Assembly: GCA_038279365.1 (NCBI GenBank)
Contig: JAYODI010000069.1
Span: 1 to 32,659, forward strand
Reading direction: 5' to 3'
From: Candidatus Latescibacterota bacterium
GTDB lineage: Bacteria > Latescibacterota > UBA2968
DNA length: 32,659 bases
Below are positions 1 through 10,700 of this stretch, in pieces; positions within the stretch are counted from its first letter, which is position 1; every line of letters starts with the position of its first letter. A program made the translations under genes and the position numbers. Under the pieces are notes generated by a model. It did no database searches, had not been told where the DNA came from, and saw only the letters and a list, made by a program, of their open reading frames with translations.

Positions 1-144
1 AACGAAAATCTAACTCTATCATAAAGTTAAGTCAAAGGAAATATCGGGCGCAGAAATTACTTATGGCGAAAAAAGAACGAGGTTGGCAAAGTAACTGCGA
101 TAAAAGCCACGATCGCGTGTCTTTTGATATTTTGGTCAAACGTC

Positions 145-181
145 AAAAAAAATCCCCTCGTCAAACGACGAGGGGATTTTT
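145..181. terminator. Rho-independent terminator, bidirectional form, downstream of the 1438-aa gene
   Basis: AAAAATCCCCTCGTC-AAAC-GACGAGGGGATTTTT perfect inverted repeat with A/T tails, about 20 nt past the stop at 203. Confidence 0.9.
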
Positions 182-202
182 AGTTGTTGATGCTGTTGTG
201 AC

Positions 203-3200
203 TTACTTCAAGAGCATCATTTTGTGTGTTTGGTTAAAGTTGCCTGCTTGAATGCGATAGAGATACACGCCACTGGCAACATTTTGTCCCAACTCATTTT
301 TACCGTTCCAACGCACGGTATAAAAACCGGGCATTTGTTCGGCATCAACGAGTTTGACGACTTCTTGCCCAAGCACATTGTAAATGCTCAAAGTAACTTG
401 GCCTGCGTTTGGAATGGCATAACGCAGTGTGGTTTCTGGGTTGAAAGGATTGGGGAAGTTGTGATCCAAGGCATATTCTGTGGGAATAAGTGAGAACCGA
501 TCGCCCAAGTTTGTGGCAATAAAGCCATTGAGTGTGGGGTTAAAGAGAATGCCTTGTGCAATGTTGATGTCTGCATTTTGTGGATTGGGATCGAGCAAAC
601 GGAAGGTTAAGGTTCCGAGTGTTCCCGTTCCTGAAACGGCATTTCCTTGTGTGATGGCACTTGCAATGTAAAGTTCACCTGTTTCTTTGTTGTGGTCTAA
701 GACACCAAAGATATCGGCAGAACGGTTGCCCGATTTGAGGAAGGTATCTCCTGCATCGGAAGCATTGATAAACTCAAGCACGGTGGGGTCATAATTGACC
801 TGAATACCGTAACCTTGCAAGTTGGCCACATCTTTGAGTTGAACATCAACGGCCAATTCGCGGTCTGTGTTGGTTTGAATGAATCGCCCGAAGAGACCAA
901 ATTGGGCTTGTGTGTCTTTGTCAAACTCAACAGCAATGACGGGTTTGGTTGATCCATCACCTTGGACGTATTTTTTGTTGAATACAGCGACAAATGCAAG
1001 GAAGTCAGGAAAACCAATGGTGCCGTCACCATTAAAGTCTGCACCACTGTTGTAACCTGTTTCACCAGGTTTTTTGTTAAATGAGCCAACAAATGTGATA
1101 AAGTCAGGAAATCCAACGGCAAGGTCACCTGTAAAGTCACCGGGATAGGCGGGTGCACTTGCGTTGACTTTGAATGAGCCCGTTAAGAATGGGCCGTCGG
1201 AAAACCCGTCATTGGCTTTGACACGATAATAGTATGTTGTGCCATCTGTTAATGTGTTGCTGACCTTGTAAACAGTGATGTTTGAAGGGTCGGAAGCACC
1301 ACGACCTGCACCCGCATTGAGTGGGGGGCTGACCTCAAGTGTGGTGGAAAAGTCAGATTGGGTGGAGATTTGCACGGTATATATGAGCTGATCAGTCGCA
1401 TTTTGAGGTGTGCTGTTGTTGATCACCAAAGTGGGGCTGGTGGGCGTACCTTGCAAAATAAAGAGTGTGGGTGCCGAAGGCCCAACTGCCGATGAGGGTG
1501 TAACCGCTGCCGTTGCCGCCGAAGGCGTGCCACTGCGTTGGAAAAGCCCTTGTGCTGTGAGTCGATACTGATAGGCCGTATCATTGGTTACGGATCGATC
1601 GGTATATGTGGTGGTTGGGTCGAGTGTGGTTAAGGCTGTAAAGCTACCGTCACCAGAGGCGCGTTCGAGCAAGAGGCCAATGGCCCCAGCTGCGGGCGCA
1701 TCCCAAGTGAGTTGAACAACACCATTACCTGCGCGTGCAGTTAAACCCGTGGGTGCATCTGGCCCTTGTGCACCGCCTGCTGCTGCCGTTGTAAATGTGG
1801 CAGTGGTGCTGGAGGTGGGACCATTTTTGGCAGGATCACTGGATTGTACGCGATAGGAATAGGTGGTTGCTGGTGTGAGATTTGCCAACACCAGTTTGTG
1901 TGCTGTTGTTGGGTTAATGTCGGAGACTGTTGTGTTGAGCGAGTCAGCAGAAAGGCCAAACTGAACCACACTGTTGGCCAATTCGTCGGTTGTCCAGGTG
2001 ACAACAGCGGCACTGTCTGTGGGTGAAACAGCCACAGCGGTTACGGCAGGTGCTTGTGTATCTGCTGTAGCCAGTGTTGTGAAGCTGAGCACTGTGCTTT
2101 TGGTGGGACCGTTGCCGTTGAGGTCGGTGGCCAAAACCTGATAGAAGTAGGTTGTGCCAGCCGTGAGACCGGCCAGTGTGATGCCATTTTTGAGGGCAAA
2201 GTTCTCAAGCGTCGTAAATTGATTGAGCGTGGTGGCCGAGGTGCCATAGTTTACTTCTCCACCGCTCAACTCGTTGGTGGTCCAGGCAAGATCGACACGT
2301 GTATCTGCAATGTAACTGGCATTGGGCACCACTGTAAAGGTGGGTGCTGTGATGTCGGGTTGTGTTAGCGTTGTGGCACTCACAATGGCGCCTTGTACTG
2401 GGCCATTGTTCGAAATGTCTGTCGACCCAATCTGATAGTAATAGGTTGTGCCAGCAGTGAGACCCGAAATGGTGATGCGGTGAGTAGAAACAGGTTCACC
2501 AGAGATTTGAAAACCGTTGAGACTGTCTGGCTTGGTACCATAGTTAACCGTGGTGTTGGCCACTTCGTCGGTGTCCCATTCGATGGTGAGACTCGATTCT
2601 GTCTTGTTGATGACTGTGGGACCCCGTGTGATAATGGGGAACTGTGTGTCTGGTGTTGTGGTTGTACCAAACCCACCATTGGCACCGACCACTTGTTTGC
2701 TCAACACACCGGGTTTGGTAGATGAGTTGTTGGGGTCAAACTTAATTACTTGCCCTGCTGTGTTGGTGGCCTCAATGCGGAAACCATATTGTGTGCCACG
2801 TGTAAGCCCAGTGATGAGGTGTGCATGGCGTTTGCCTAATCGTTTTTGGCCATCGGATGTCAGGTCGGTAGACACGATTTCATCTGAAGTGCCCAATGTG
2901 CCCCCTGCTCCTATTGTGCCAACAAAGATCTGAGAAGTGGTTGGGATGTCTGTGCCATAAACAACCACAACCAGCTCAGAGCGAGGGATAACCTGTGGCC
3001 CCAATGTGATGTTGGCTGGGTCAACTCTGGCATGCGTTCTAAAGTCTATGGTTGCACTGGTGGTCGTAGAACTGCTTACAAATTCGGTTGGCTGTGAGCT
3101 TGGGATCGCTTCTGTGCTGGCTTGTGCGAGGGCAACATAATTTTTACCAGGCTCTAAATTAACAAGCGTTATGGTGTGATTGCTTAATGCCTGTGTCGAA

Positions 3201-4519
3201 GTCACCGATGCTGCGTCACTAAAGTATGTCGCAGCGGGTGTTCCTGAGGCGGGTGCGACTTTATAAAAAACTCGGACGTGAGCATCTTGGTTGTAAAAGA
3301 ATTTGAGGGTGGCTTGATCTGTGCCTGATGTAGTACGACCTGCTCCGAAGGGCTCAGGGATAAGAGGAAGCTTATCGAAAGGTCGGAAATAGAAAGGGGG
3401 GGTCTGTGTGGCCGTGACTTGGGCTTCGGTCATCAAATTGTCAGTGATAAGGGCATCTAAACCAACACCCCGAGACGTGATGGTTGTAGTGAAGAACTCA
3501 AAGAAACCAGTACCGGTTACATTGTTGATCTTAATGCGGTGTTGTGTGGTGCCCTGTGCATTGGCTTGGGTGTCGACGACAGTTGTTGTTGTTGGTGGTG
3601 ACCCAAGACCAGCGGTTGTTTTTACCATCTTGATGCGCGTATCTGCCGGACGGTTGGTCACCCAAGTAAACGTGACCGATCCACCAGAATGAGAATAGCT
3701 GTAGTTGCTGATCACAACGGGGCGTGTGTCTGGGGTGGCACGGGTTTTAAATGTGCGTTTGGTCGTGGGGCTGATTTCGCCCGAGGTGCTGGTGGATGAA
3801 ATTGTGTATTCGTAGGTTGTGGCAGCGGTCAAACCTGTTAACTTGGCTTCATGGGATGTCGATGCCGTTGTAAGGGTCACGGGAACCGTTGTGGTTGTGG
3901 TTTCCCCCAATTTGTTGAGGGTGATCACACTGCTGGTGCCAGAAAAAAGCGTAGACCAACCTATTGTTGCACCGTTGTGTGAGGGTGTGACCAACACGTT
4001 GGAGATGAGGTTGTTGCTGGGCTTGGTCAGTGAAAAGGTAATGCCAGGGTCTACGGCACCCCCGCCAAAGTTTACAGCCTGAACTTTGATGGTAATGGGT
4101 GTGAAGGTGCTGGAAAGGGTCAGGGTCATTGTGGCGACCAATTTGGCTGTGCCCGAATAGCTTACGGGTGCGCCAAAGATCACACTCGACATTTTAAGGG
4201 TGTTGTCAATTTTGCTGTCGATAATAACGGGAAATACGGTAGAAGCACCTTTGGAGGCAGTGACCACTGTGGGGTCAGACACTTCGAGAATGACCTCAAC
4301 ACCTTGTGAATTGGTATAGGCTGTGGAAAACACCTCAATCACAACGGTGTCGCCACCTTTGGGCGAGAGGGTTGTGGTTGAAGAAAGCGTGCCATCGCCT
4401 TTGGTCAGTTGTATATCTGCAGAGATTGTTGCACTGCTTTGTGCATGTGCACCGGTGCTTAGGGCAAGCCCTAATAACACCAAAAGAAAACTTGTGAAAC
4501 GCCGTGACGGTCTGCTCAT
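203..4519 (-). CDS. Large secreted multidomain protein: cohesin-like N-domain, FN3-like repeats, dockerin-like EF-hand pair, cohesin-like domain, FlgD/T9SS-type C-terminal domain
   Basis: Signal peptide (MSRPSRRFTSFLLVLLGLALSTGAHA|Q) and GGAG RBS. Seven W/Y-x-T-D/N-E...H-x-I/V-x-L-xx-L-xxx-T-x-Y repeats plus two FN3/Ig domains. Duplicated GDFTGDLAVGFPDF / ADFNGDGTIGFPDF. Cohesin-like LQGYGIQVNYDP...GTGTLGTLTF. C-terminal NFPNPFNPET...WNGKN...ASGVYLYRI...KMMLLK. Confidence 0.9.
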   Translation of the reverse strand: MSRPSRRFTSFLLVLLGLALSTGAHAQSSATISADIQLTKGDGTLSSTTTLSPKGGDTVVIEVFSTAYTNSQGVEVILEVSDPTVVTASKGASTVFPVIIDSKIDNTLKMSSVIFGAPVSYSGTAKLVATMTLTLSSTFTPITIKVQAVNFGGGAVDPGITFSLTKPSNNLISNVLVTPSHNGATIGWSTLFSGTSSVITLNKLGETTTTTVPVTLTTASTSHEAKLTGLTAATTYEYTISSTSTSGEISPTTKRTFKTRATPDTRPVVISNYSYSHSGGSVTFTWVTNRPADTRIKMVKTTAGLGSPPTTTTVVDTQANAQGTTQHRIKINNVTGTGFFEFFTTTITSRGVGLDALITDNLMTEAQVTATQTPPFYFRPFDKLPLIPEPFGAGRTTSGTDQATLKFFYNQDAHVRVFYKVAPASGTPAATYFSDAASVTSTQALSNHTITLVNLEPGKNYVALAQASTEAIPSSQPTEFVSSSTTTSATIDFRTHARVDPANITLGPQVIPRSELVVVVYGTDIPTTSQIFVGTIGAGGTLGTSDEIVSTDLTSDGQKRLGKRHAHLITGLTRGTQYGFRIEATNTAGQVIKFDPNNSSTKPGVLSKQVVGANGGFGTTTTPDTQFPIITRGPTVINKTESSLTIEWDTDEVANTTVNYGTKPDSLNGFQISGEPVSTHRITISGLTAGTTYYYQIGSTDISNNGPVQGAIVSATTLTQPDITAPTFTVVPNASYIADTRVDLAWTTNELSGGEVNYGTSATTLNQFTTLENFALKNGITLAGLTAGTTYFYQVLATDLNGNGPTKSTVLSFTTLATADTQAPAVTAVAVSPTDSAAVVTWTTDELANSVVQFGLSADSLNTTVSDINPTTAHKLVLANLTPATTYSYRVQSSDPAKNGPTSSTTATFTTAAAGGAQGPDAPTGLTARAGNGVVQLTWDAPAAGAIGLLLERASGDGSFTALTTLDPTTTYTDRSVTNDTAYQYRLTAQGLFQRSGTPSAATAAVTPSSAVGPSAPTLFILQGTPTSPTLVINNSTPQNATDQLIYTVQISTQSDFSTTLEVSPPLNAGAGRGASDPSNITVYKVSNTLTDGTTYYYRVKANDGFSDGPFLTGSFKVNASAPAYPGDFTGDLAVGFPDFITFVGSFNKKPGETGYNSGADFNGDGTIGFPDFLAFVAVFNKKYVQGDGSTKPVIAVEFDKDTQAQFGLFGRFIQTNTDRELAVDVQLKDVANLQGYGIQVNYDPTVLEFINASDAGDTFLKSGNRSADIFGVLDHNKETGELYIASAITQGNAVSGTGTLGTLTFRLLDPNPQNADINIAQGILFNPTLNGFIATNLGDRFSLIPTEYALDHNFPNPFNPETTLRYAIPNAGQVTLSIYNVLGQEVVKLVDAEQMPGFYTVRWNGKNELGQNVASGVYLYRIQAGNFNQTHKMMLLK

Positions 4520-4738
4520 TGCCTATCTCCTAAAGAAAACGTGGGGAATAACGTGAATTTATTTTTGTGGTAGCGTGTTTAGATAAATGGGATTGAGGGA
4601 TGGTTTTCTGGGTTTATTGTGGTATTAGAACTTCGAGATTATAATATTGATGGATAAAATATTGTAAATATTAATAAATATTAATATGATCTGGACAAAT
4701 ATGCAAGAATTAGATGCATAAAGATGTGATCATAGTCA

Positions 4739-4777
4739 CAAAAACCCCCGCCTATTTAAAATAGACGGGGGTTTTTG
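4739..4777. terminator. Rho-independent terminator downstream of the 2042-aa gene
   Basis: CAAAAACCCCCG-CCTATTTAAAATAGA-CGGGGGTTTTTG inverted repeat, about 20 nt past the stop at 4797. Confidence 0.88.
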
Positions 4778-4796
4778 ATTAATTTTCAAATGAGTC

Positions 4797-7700
4797 TTAT
4801 TTCAACAGCATCATTTTGTGTGTTTGGTTAAAGTCACCGGCTTGAATGCGGTAGAGATATACGCCACTGGCCACACTGCGCCCGAGGGCATCTTGGCCAT
4901 TCCAACGCACGGCATAAAAGCCAGGCGTTTGTTTGGCATCTACCAAGCGAACAATTTCTTGACCCAACACATTATAAACAATGAGTGTGACATCACCCGC
5001 ATTTGGAATGGCATATTTGAGGGTGGTTTCGGGGTTGAATGGATTTGGGAAATTGTGTTCTAAAGCATATTCGGTGGGCACAAGTGCAAAACGCCCACCC
5101 AAGTTTTGTGCGATGCTTGGGTTTAACCCGCCATCAATGAGCAACCCTTGTGCAATTTCGATAAGGGCTTTTTGTGGATCGTTGCCCAACAATCGGAATT
5201 GCAACGTGGTTAAAATGCCCTCACCATCTACCGGATTGCCATTGGTAATGGCGCCAACAATGAACACCTCACCTTTTTCGGCATCGTGTTCTAAGGTGCC
5301 AAAGAGTTCGGCTTGTCGGTTGCCTGTTTTGAGGAGGGTTTCACCCTTGTCGGTGGCGTTGACAAATTGCACGGTTGATGGGTCATAACTGATGCGCACG
5401 CCATATCCCATAAAATCGGTTGCGTTGGCCAACTTCACATCGACTGCCATTTCTTGACCTGCTTCGGTTGATGAAAGATGACGCCCAATCAACTGGAACT
5501 GCGCTTCTGTATTTTCACCATAGGCAATTTCAACAATGGGTTTGCCACTGCTGGGGCCACTGATATACTTTTTGTTGAAAACCCCGATAAAGGAGAGGAA
5601 GTCGGGGAACCCAACCGATCCGTCGCTATTGAGATCGGCGTCGGCAAGGAAGCCTTCATCTCCGGTTTTTTTGTTAAATGCACCGAGGAATGACAAAAAG
5701 TCGGGGAACCCAACGGCCTTATCACCCGTGAGATCGCCCGGATACTGCGGGGCCTTAGAATCGGCAACAAATGACCCCGTGAGGAATGCACTGTCGAATG
5801 TGCCATCGCTGGCTTTTACGCGATAGTGATATGTGGTGCCATCTGTGAGGGTGCGTGAAACGGTATATGCGGTCACACCCGATGGATCACCTGTGCCTGT
5901 GCCTGCCCCATTGCTGAGCCCAGTTTCAAGCTCAATGGCATCGGTAAAGTCGGCTGACGTGGCCAAGTGGAAGGTATAACTGAGCACATCACTGGTATTA
6001 AGTGGCTTGCTGTTGTTAATGACAATGGTGGGTGTGAGCCGGTTGCCCTGAATACCAAAGAGTGCTGGTGCACTTGGCCCCCCACTGGCAGAAGGTGTGA
6101 CCGTCTCACTGGGCGTTGAAGCCGCACTGGTGAGTTGTTTTGTTCCAACCGAGGCCACCCGATACGTATAGGGTGTGTCATTGGTCACATTATTATCGAC
6201 ATAGGAGGTTGTGGGATCGACAGATGCCAAAGGTGCAAAGTCACCACTATTGGCAGAACGTTCGATCACATAACCCACAACACCCGATGAAGCACTTGCA
6301 GACCAGAACAATTTGACAGCCTTGTTCCCGCCATTGACCACCAAACCGCTGGGGGGTGCAGGGGCTTGTACATCACCGGGTGCTGCGGTGGTGAAAGATC
6401 CTTCTGCGCTTTGAGCTGGGCCATTGCCTGATCGGTCAATGGACTCAACCACGTAGAAGTAGGTGGTGTTGGGTGATAAATTTGTAAGCGTTACAACGTG
6501 ATCTAAAACATCTGTGGCATCACCCGCATTAAAGCCATAGGTACCCGACGTGGTGCCGTAACGCACTGCACTGTCTGAAACCTCATCGGATTTCCAAGAA
6601 ATAATGGCTGAGCTATCGGCAACAGATGCACTTACCGCGCTCAATGTGGGTGTTTGTGTGTCTGGCGCTGCTTCTGTTGTTACGGTCATTGTTGCACTTG
6701 AGGTGGGACCGTTGTTGTTTTGATCGGTTGAAGATGCTTTGAAATGATAGGTGGTATTGGCGTTGAGGTTGGTCAATGTAACGGTGTGCGTGGTTTCAAA
6801 ATCGGGTAAGGTGCGCACGTTGACCAAGCTGTCGGCCGATGTGCCAAAGGCCACTTCGGCATTGGCGGCTTCATTTGTTACCCATTGGATGGTGACCGAT
6901 CTATCATTTTTGTAAATCACCGAAGGTGCTGTGGTGATCACGGGAGCTGTTAAATCTTCGGCAGATGGCGTGGTACCAAAGGCCGCTTTGCTGCGGGTTT
7001 CTCCATTGCCAGAAGCATCGGTTGATGCAACTTCATAAGCATAGGTGGTACCTGCGGCTAGTTTGGTGAGCACCACACGGTGGGTGGTCACATTGGTACC
7101 TGAAACTTCTTGGTCCCCCAAGTTGTTGGTAGAAGTACCAAAGCTGACACTGCTGTTTGCACTTTCGTCTGTTTCCCACTCAATGGTGAGGCTGGACGAT
7201 GTGGAGGCAACCACCGTTGGACCACTGGTAATTACTGGAAATTGTGTATCGGATTGTGTGGATGTGGTAAAGCTACCAAACCCACCTGGGGGTTGTAATT
7301 TGGTACTGACAGAAGAAGGTGTAGATGTATTAACTGTATTGCCAGAAGCATCGGTAGATGAGGCTTGGAAAATATAATTTAAACCAGGACTCAGTTGTGT
7401 TACTGTGACTGAGTGGTTGATGACCAATTCGTTGTCTTCAAAAACCAACTCAGATGTTTGGCCAAACACGGGCGTTCCTTCTACAATGTTGGTCGCACTT
7501 GGTGAGACACCAATGGCAACTCGCGATGTGGACAATTCGTCGGTGCGCCATTTGACCACGGCGATTTGATCTGTGAACTCAACAATGGGCCCTTCGGTGA
7601 TAACGGGCGCTTGGGTATCGGCACTGGCGCGTGTGCGGAAGGTGTGGTCTTTGCTCAAACCAATGACGGTGCCTGTGGCATCTGTGGTGACCACATTGCC

Positions 7701-10700
7701 CGATTGATCGGCAGAACCAACGGCATAGTGATAAAGGGTGCCTGCTTCTAAGTTGGTTAAGGTAATCGAGTGAATGCGTGTACCGGTCGATTCTTCAACG
7801 ATATTGTCATAGTTTGTTGAACTGCCATAAGACACGCGGCTGTCGGAAACTTCGTCGGTCACCCAGTCGATGGTTGCGGTGGTGGCTGTGATGTTGCGTG
7901 CCACGGGACCGCGCACAATAACAGGTGCAGATGTGTCTGTGCCCGATTGGGTTGTAAACCGTAGATTTTTGCTGCTGCTCACATTGCCTGCCGCATCGGT
8001 GGTTTGCACTTCGTATGCGTAGGTTGTACCTGCTGAGAGATCGGCCAATGTAACCGCATGGCGTTGGGTGAAATTGATGTCTTCAACGCTTTGGGTGAGT
8101 TCTGTACTGGTGGTTTGTTTGCCTGCCGTAACGGGTCCAAAATTGATAACGGCACTGTGGGGTTCATCGGCACCCCAGCTGATAATGGCACCTGTGGATG
8201 TGATACCGACAGCTACAGGACGAGAAAACACCACAGGGGGTGATGTGTCTGCAACCGAGCGTGTGGCAAAGTTGCGTTGGCCAGGATTTGTGGTGGGGCC
8301 ATTGCTTGCTAAGTCTGTAATGCTGACCACATAGTAATATCGTGTTCCTGGATCAAGATTGGTAAGTGTGATTTCGTGTTTGCGAGAAACATCGGTTGCG
8401 TTAACGGTTTCGCCCACTGTTCCGATGGTGTCTGTGTAAACATCGGTGGTGGTTGCGTACTGAACGGAGGCTGTGGTGGGCTCATTGGTTTCAAAAACGA
8501 TCAAAGCCTGTGTGTTGCTGCGACGTGGCACAACGGGTGGGCGCACAAAGCGTGGAGCTTGTGTGTCTTCACTGGTACTTGTGGTAAAACTGCTCGTAGG
8601 ACTGATGGCGGCATTGCCACTGGCATCAATGGATTTGACTTGGTAGAAATATTCGACACCGGCTTGTAGATTACCCAAAGATACTTTGTGATCGCGTGTC
8701 GCTTCATCTACGGTGGTCGAATCTGTTAATGCCCCCGACTCTGTGCCATACAAAACGGTACTGTTGCTGGGCTCGTCGGTAAACCATTGTACGACTGTGG
8801 CATTATAGGAACGCCCCAATATGGCTGGGCGACCTAAAATGCGAGGGGGTAAATTGTCTTGCCCGGTGCGTGTGCGAAAATCTTTAGTACCTGTTGTGGC
8901 TGTGTTGCCGTTTAAGTCTGTTACTTTGACACGGTAAAAATACTGTGTACCAGGTGTAAGGCCTTCAAGCACAAGTTTGTGAGCAAGCTCAGAAGAAGAA
9001 CGGCTTGCTGTTTGGCTTAAGTCGTTGAGGCTCGTGCCATAAAGCACTTCAATGACCGCAGCTTCATCGGTATCTAAAACAATGTCGGCGCGGTTGTTGG
9101 TTACACCAAAGGCCACGGGACCACGCAACACGCGTGGGGGTTGATCATCGGGGCGATTGCGTGTGAAAAATTGTGCGGGCAATGGTGGGAAGGGATCAGA
9201 TGTGCCATTTGCATCGGCGTTGGTTACTTGGAAGAAGTAACGTGTGCCAAGGGTGAGCCCACTTAAGCGAACTGTGTGTACACGACCCGTTGCACCGGTT
9301 TCAGCCTCTTGGTTCATATTGTTGGGTGCTGTGCCATAAATGACTTTACCTGTGCTGTTGACATTGGTTTCCCACTGGATAATAGCACGGGTGTCGGTTA
9401 CGGTGATGGGCACTGGCGGACGGACAACGGAGGGCAGGTTTGAAACAACGGAATTGAGTCTTAGCACCGTATTAGGCTCTAATGTGGCTGTTTTGGTACC
9501 AGCAGTCACAATCACTTTAGAAAGCGTTATTTGTCCACCCTGGAAAGTGTTGCTTGTTGAGATGCCAAAACTACCCAAGCGTTCGTTGCCATTTACGGGT
9601 ATGCGTGATGTGGCTTTTGCTGTGAGTGTGTTTCCATTGACTTCTACTGTGGGGCCTATAGAAATGATGCCCCCGCCTTCGTTTGTTACAGTGAGAACGG
9701 CATTGGGGATGACCAAGTCTTCAGAGGTGACCGATTGGAAAGCTATGGACTTAACCGAGATGCCCAATCCACTGCCCAAATTGGGGCTTAAATTGATCAC
9801 AACGGTTCCGAGCAACAAAAGGTCATTGCTGGGTGCTGTGGTTGATCCGAGAAACCCTAAATTTGCTGTGACCAAATTGCCATTGAGTATGGGTTCTTGC
9901 AACTTGATTGGGAATGTTTGGGCAGGATTCAGGGTAATAGACTGAACAGCACTTGGATTGCTTAGTTCAAGAATGGCGGTAAAGCCACCAACTTCTTGAT
10001 AGCCGGTACCATAGAGTTCTATGGCAACTGAATTACCTAATAAGCCTTTTGCAACCGAAATATTGTTGGCATTGTATCGTCTGTCGCCTTGGTTACCCAG
10101 CACAATATCGGCGCCCACGCGGGGGTTGTTTGAGGCAACGGCTGTTGGTAGGCCACCACCAGTGCCGCTTGCGGGTGTTACTGTAAATGGGGTATTGGCG
10201 TCAAATCGCAAATTGTTGACATCAAAATTGCTCAGATTGTCAATTTGGAGTTGAATTTCATAACCTGTAATGCCACGCAGACCTGCACCAAAAATTTCAA
10301 TGGGAAACTGCCGGCCAGAGTTAATGCGTGCGATGGAAAGATTTTGGTTACCAAACTGAGAATTTAAGTCTGCGGTGGCGGCACTGATAATGGGGAGGCT
10401 GTTGGGGTCACCCACCGTAAATGAGGTGTTGGGTCTTAGAATTTGCCCACCACCAAAATCTACAGAAACCAACTTTATGGTTGTGGAAGTAAAGGTTGCT
10501 GACAAATTAAGGGTCATCGCGCCAACCAACTTAAGAGGCCCAGCATGACTTTTGGTAGCACCAAAAGCAACGGCTGAATATTTAAGTTGGTTACCTACAG
10601 TACTGTTGATGCCAACAGGAAACTCGGATGAGTTGCCTTGTGCATCGCCTTTAATGGCTGTAATATCGGGTACTTCAAGCACAATTTCGACACCTTGTGC

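Noticed and set aside
63-251. 62-aa + strand ORF
   Set aside because: It runs through the terminator hairpin and overlaps the 3' end of the large gene, with no recognisable motif.
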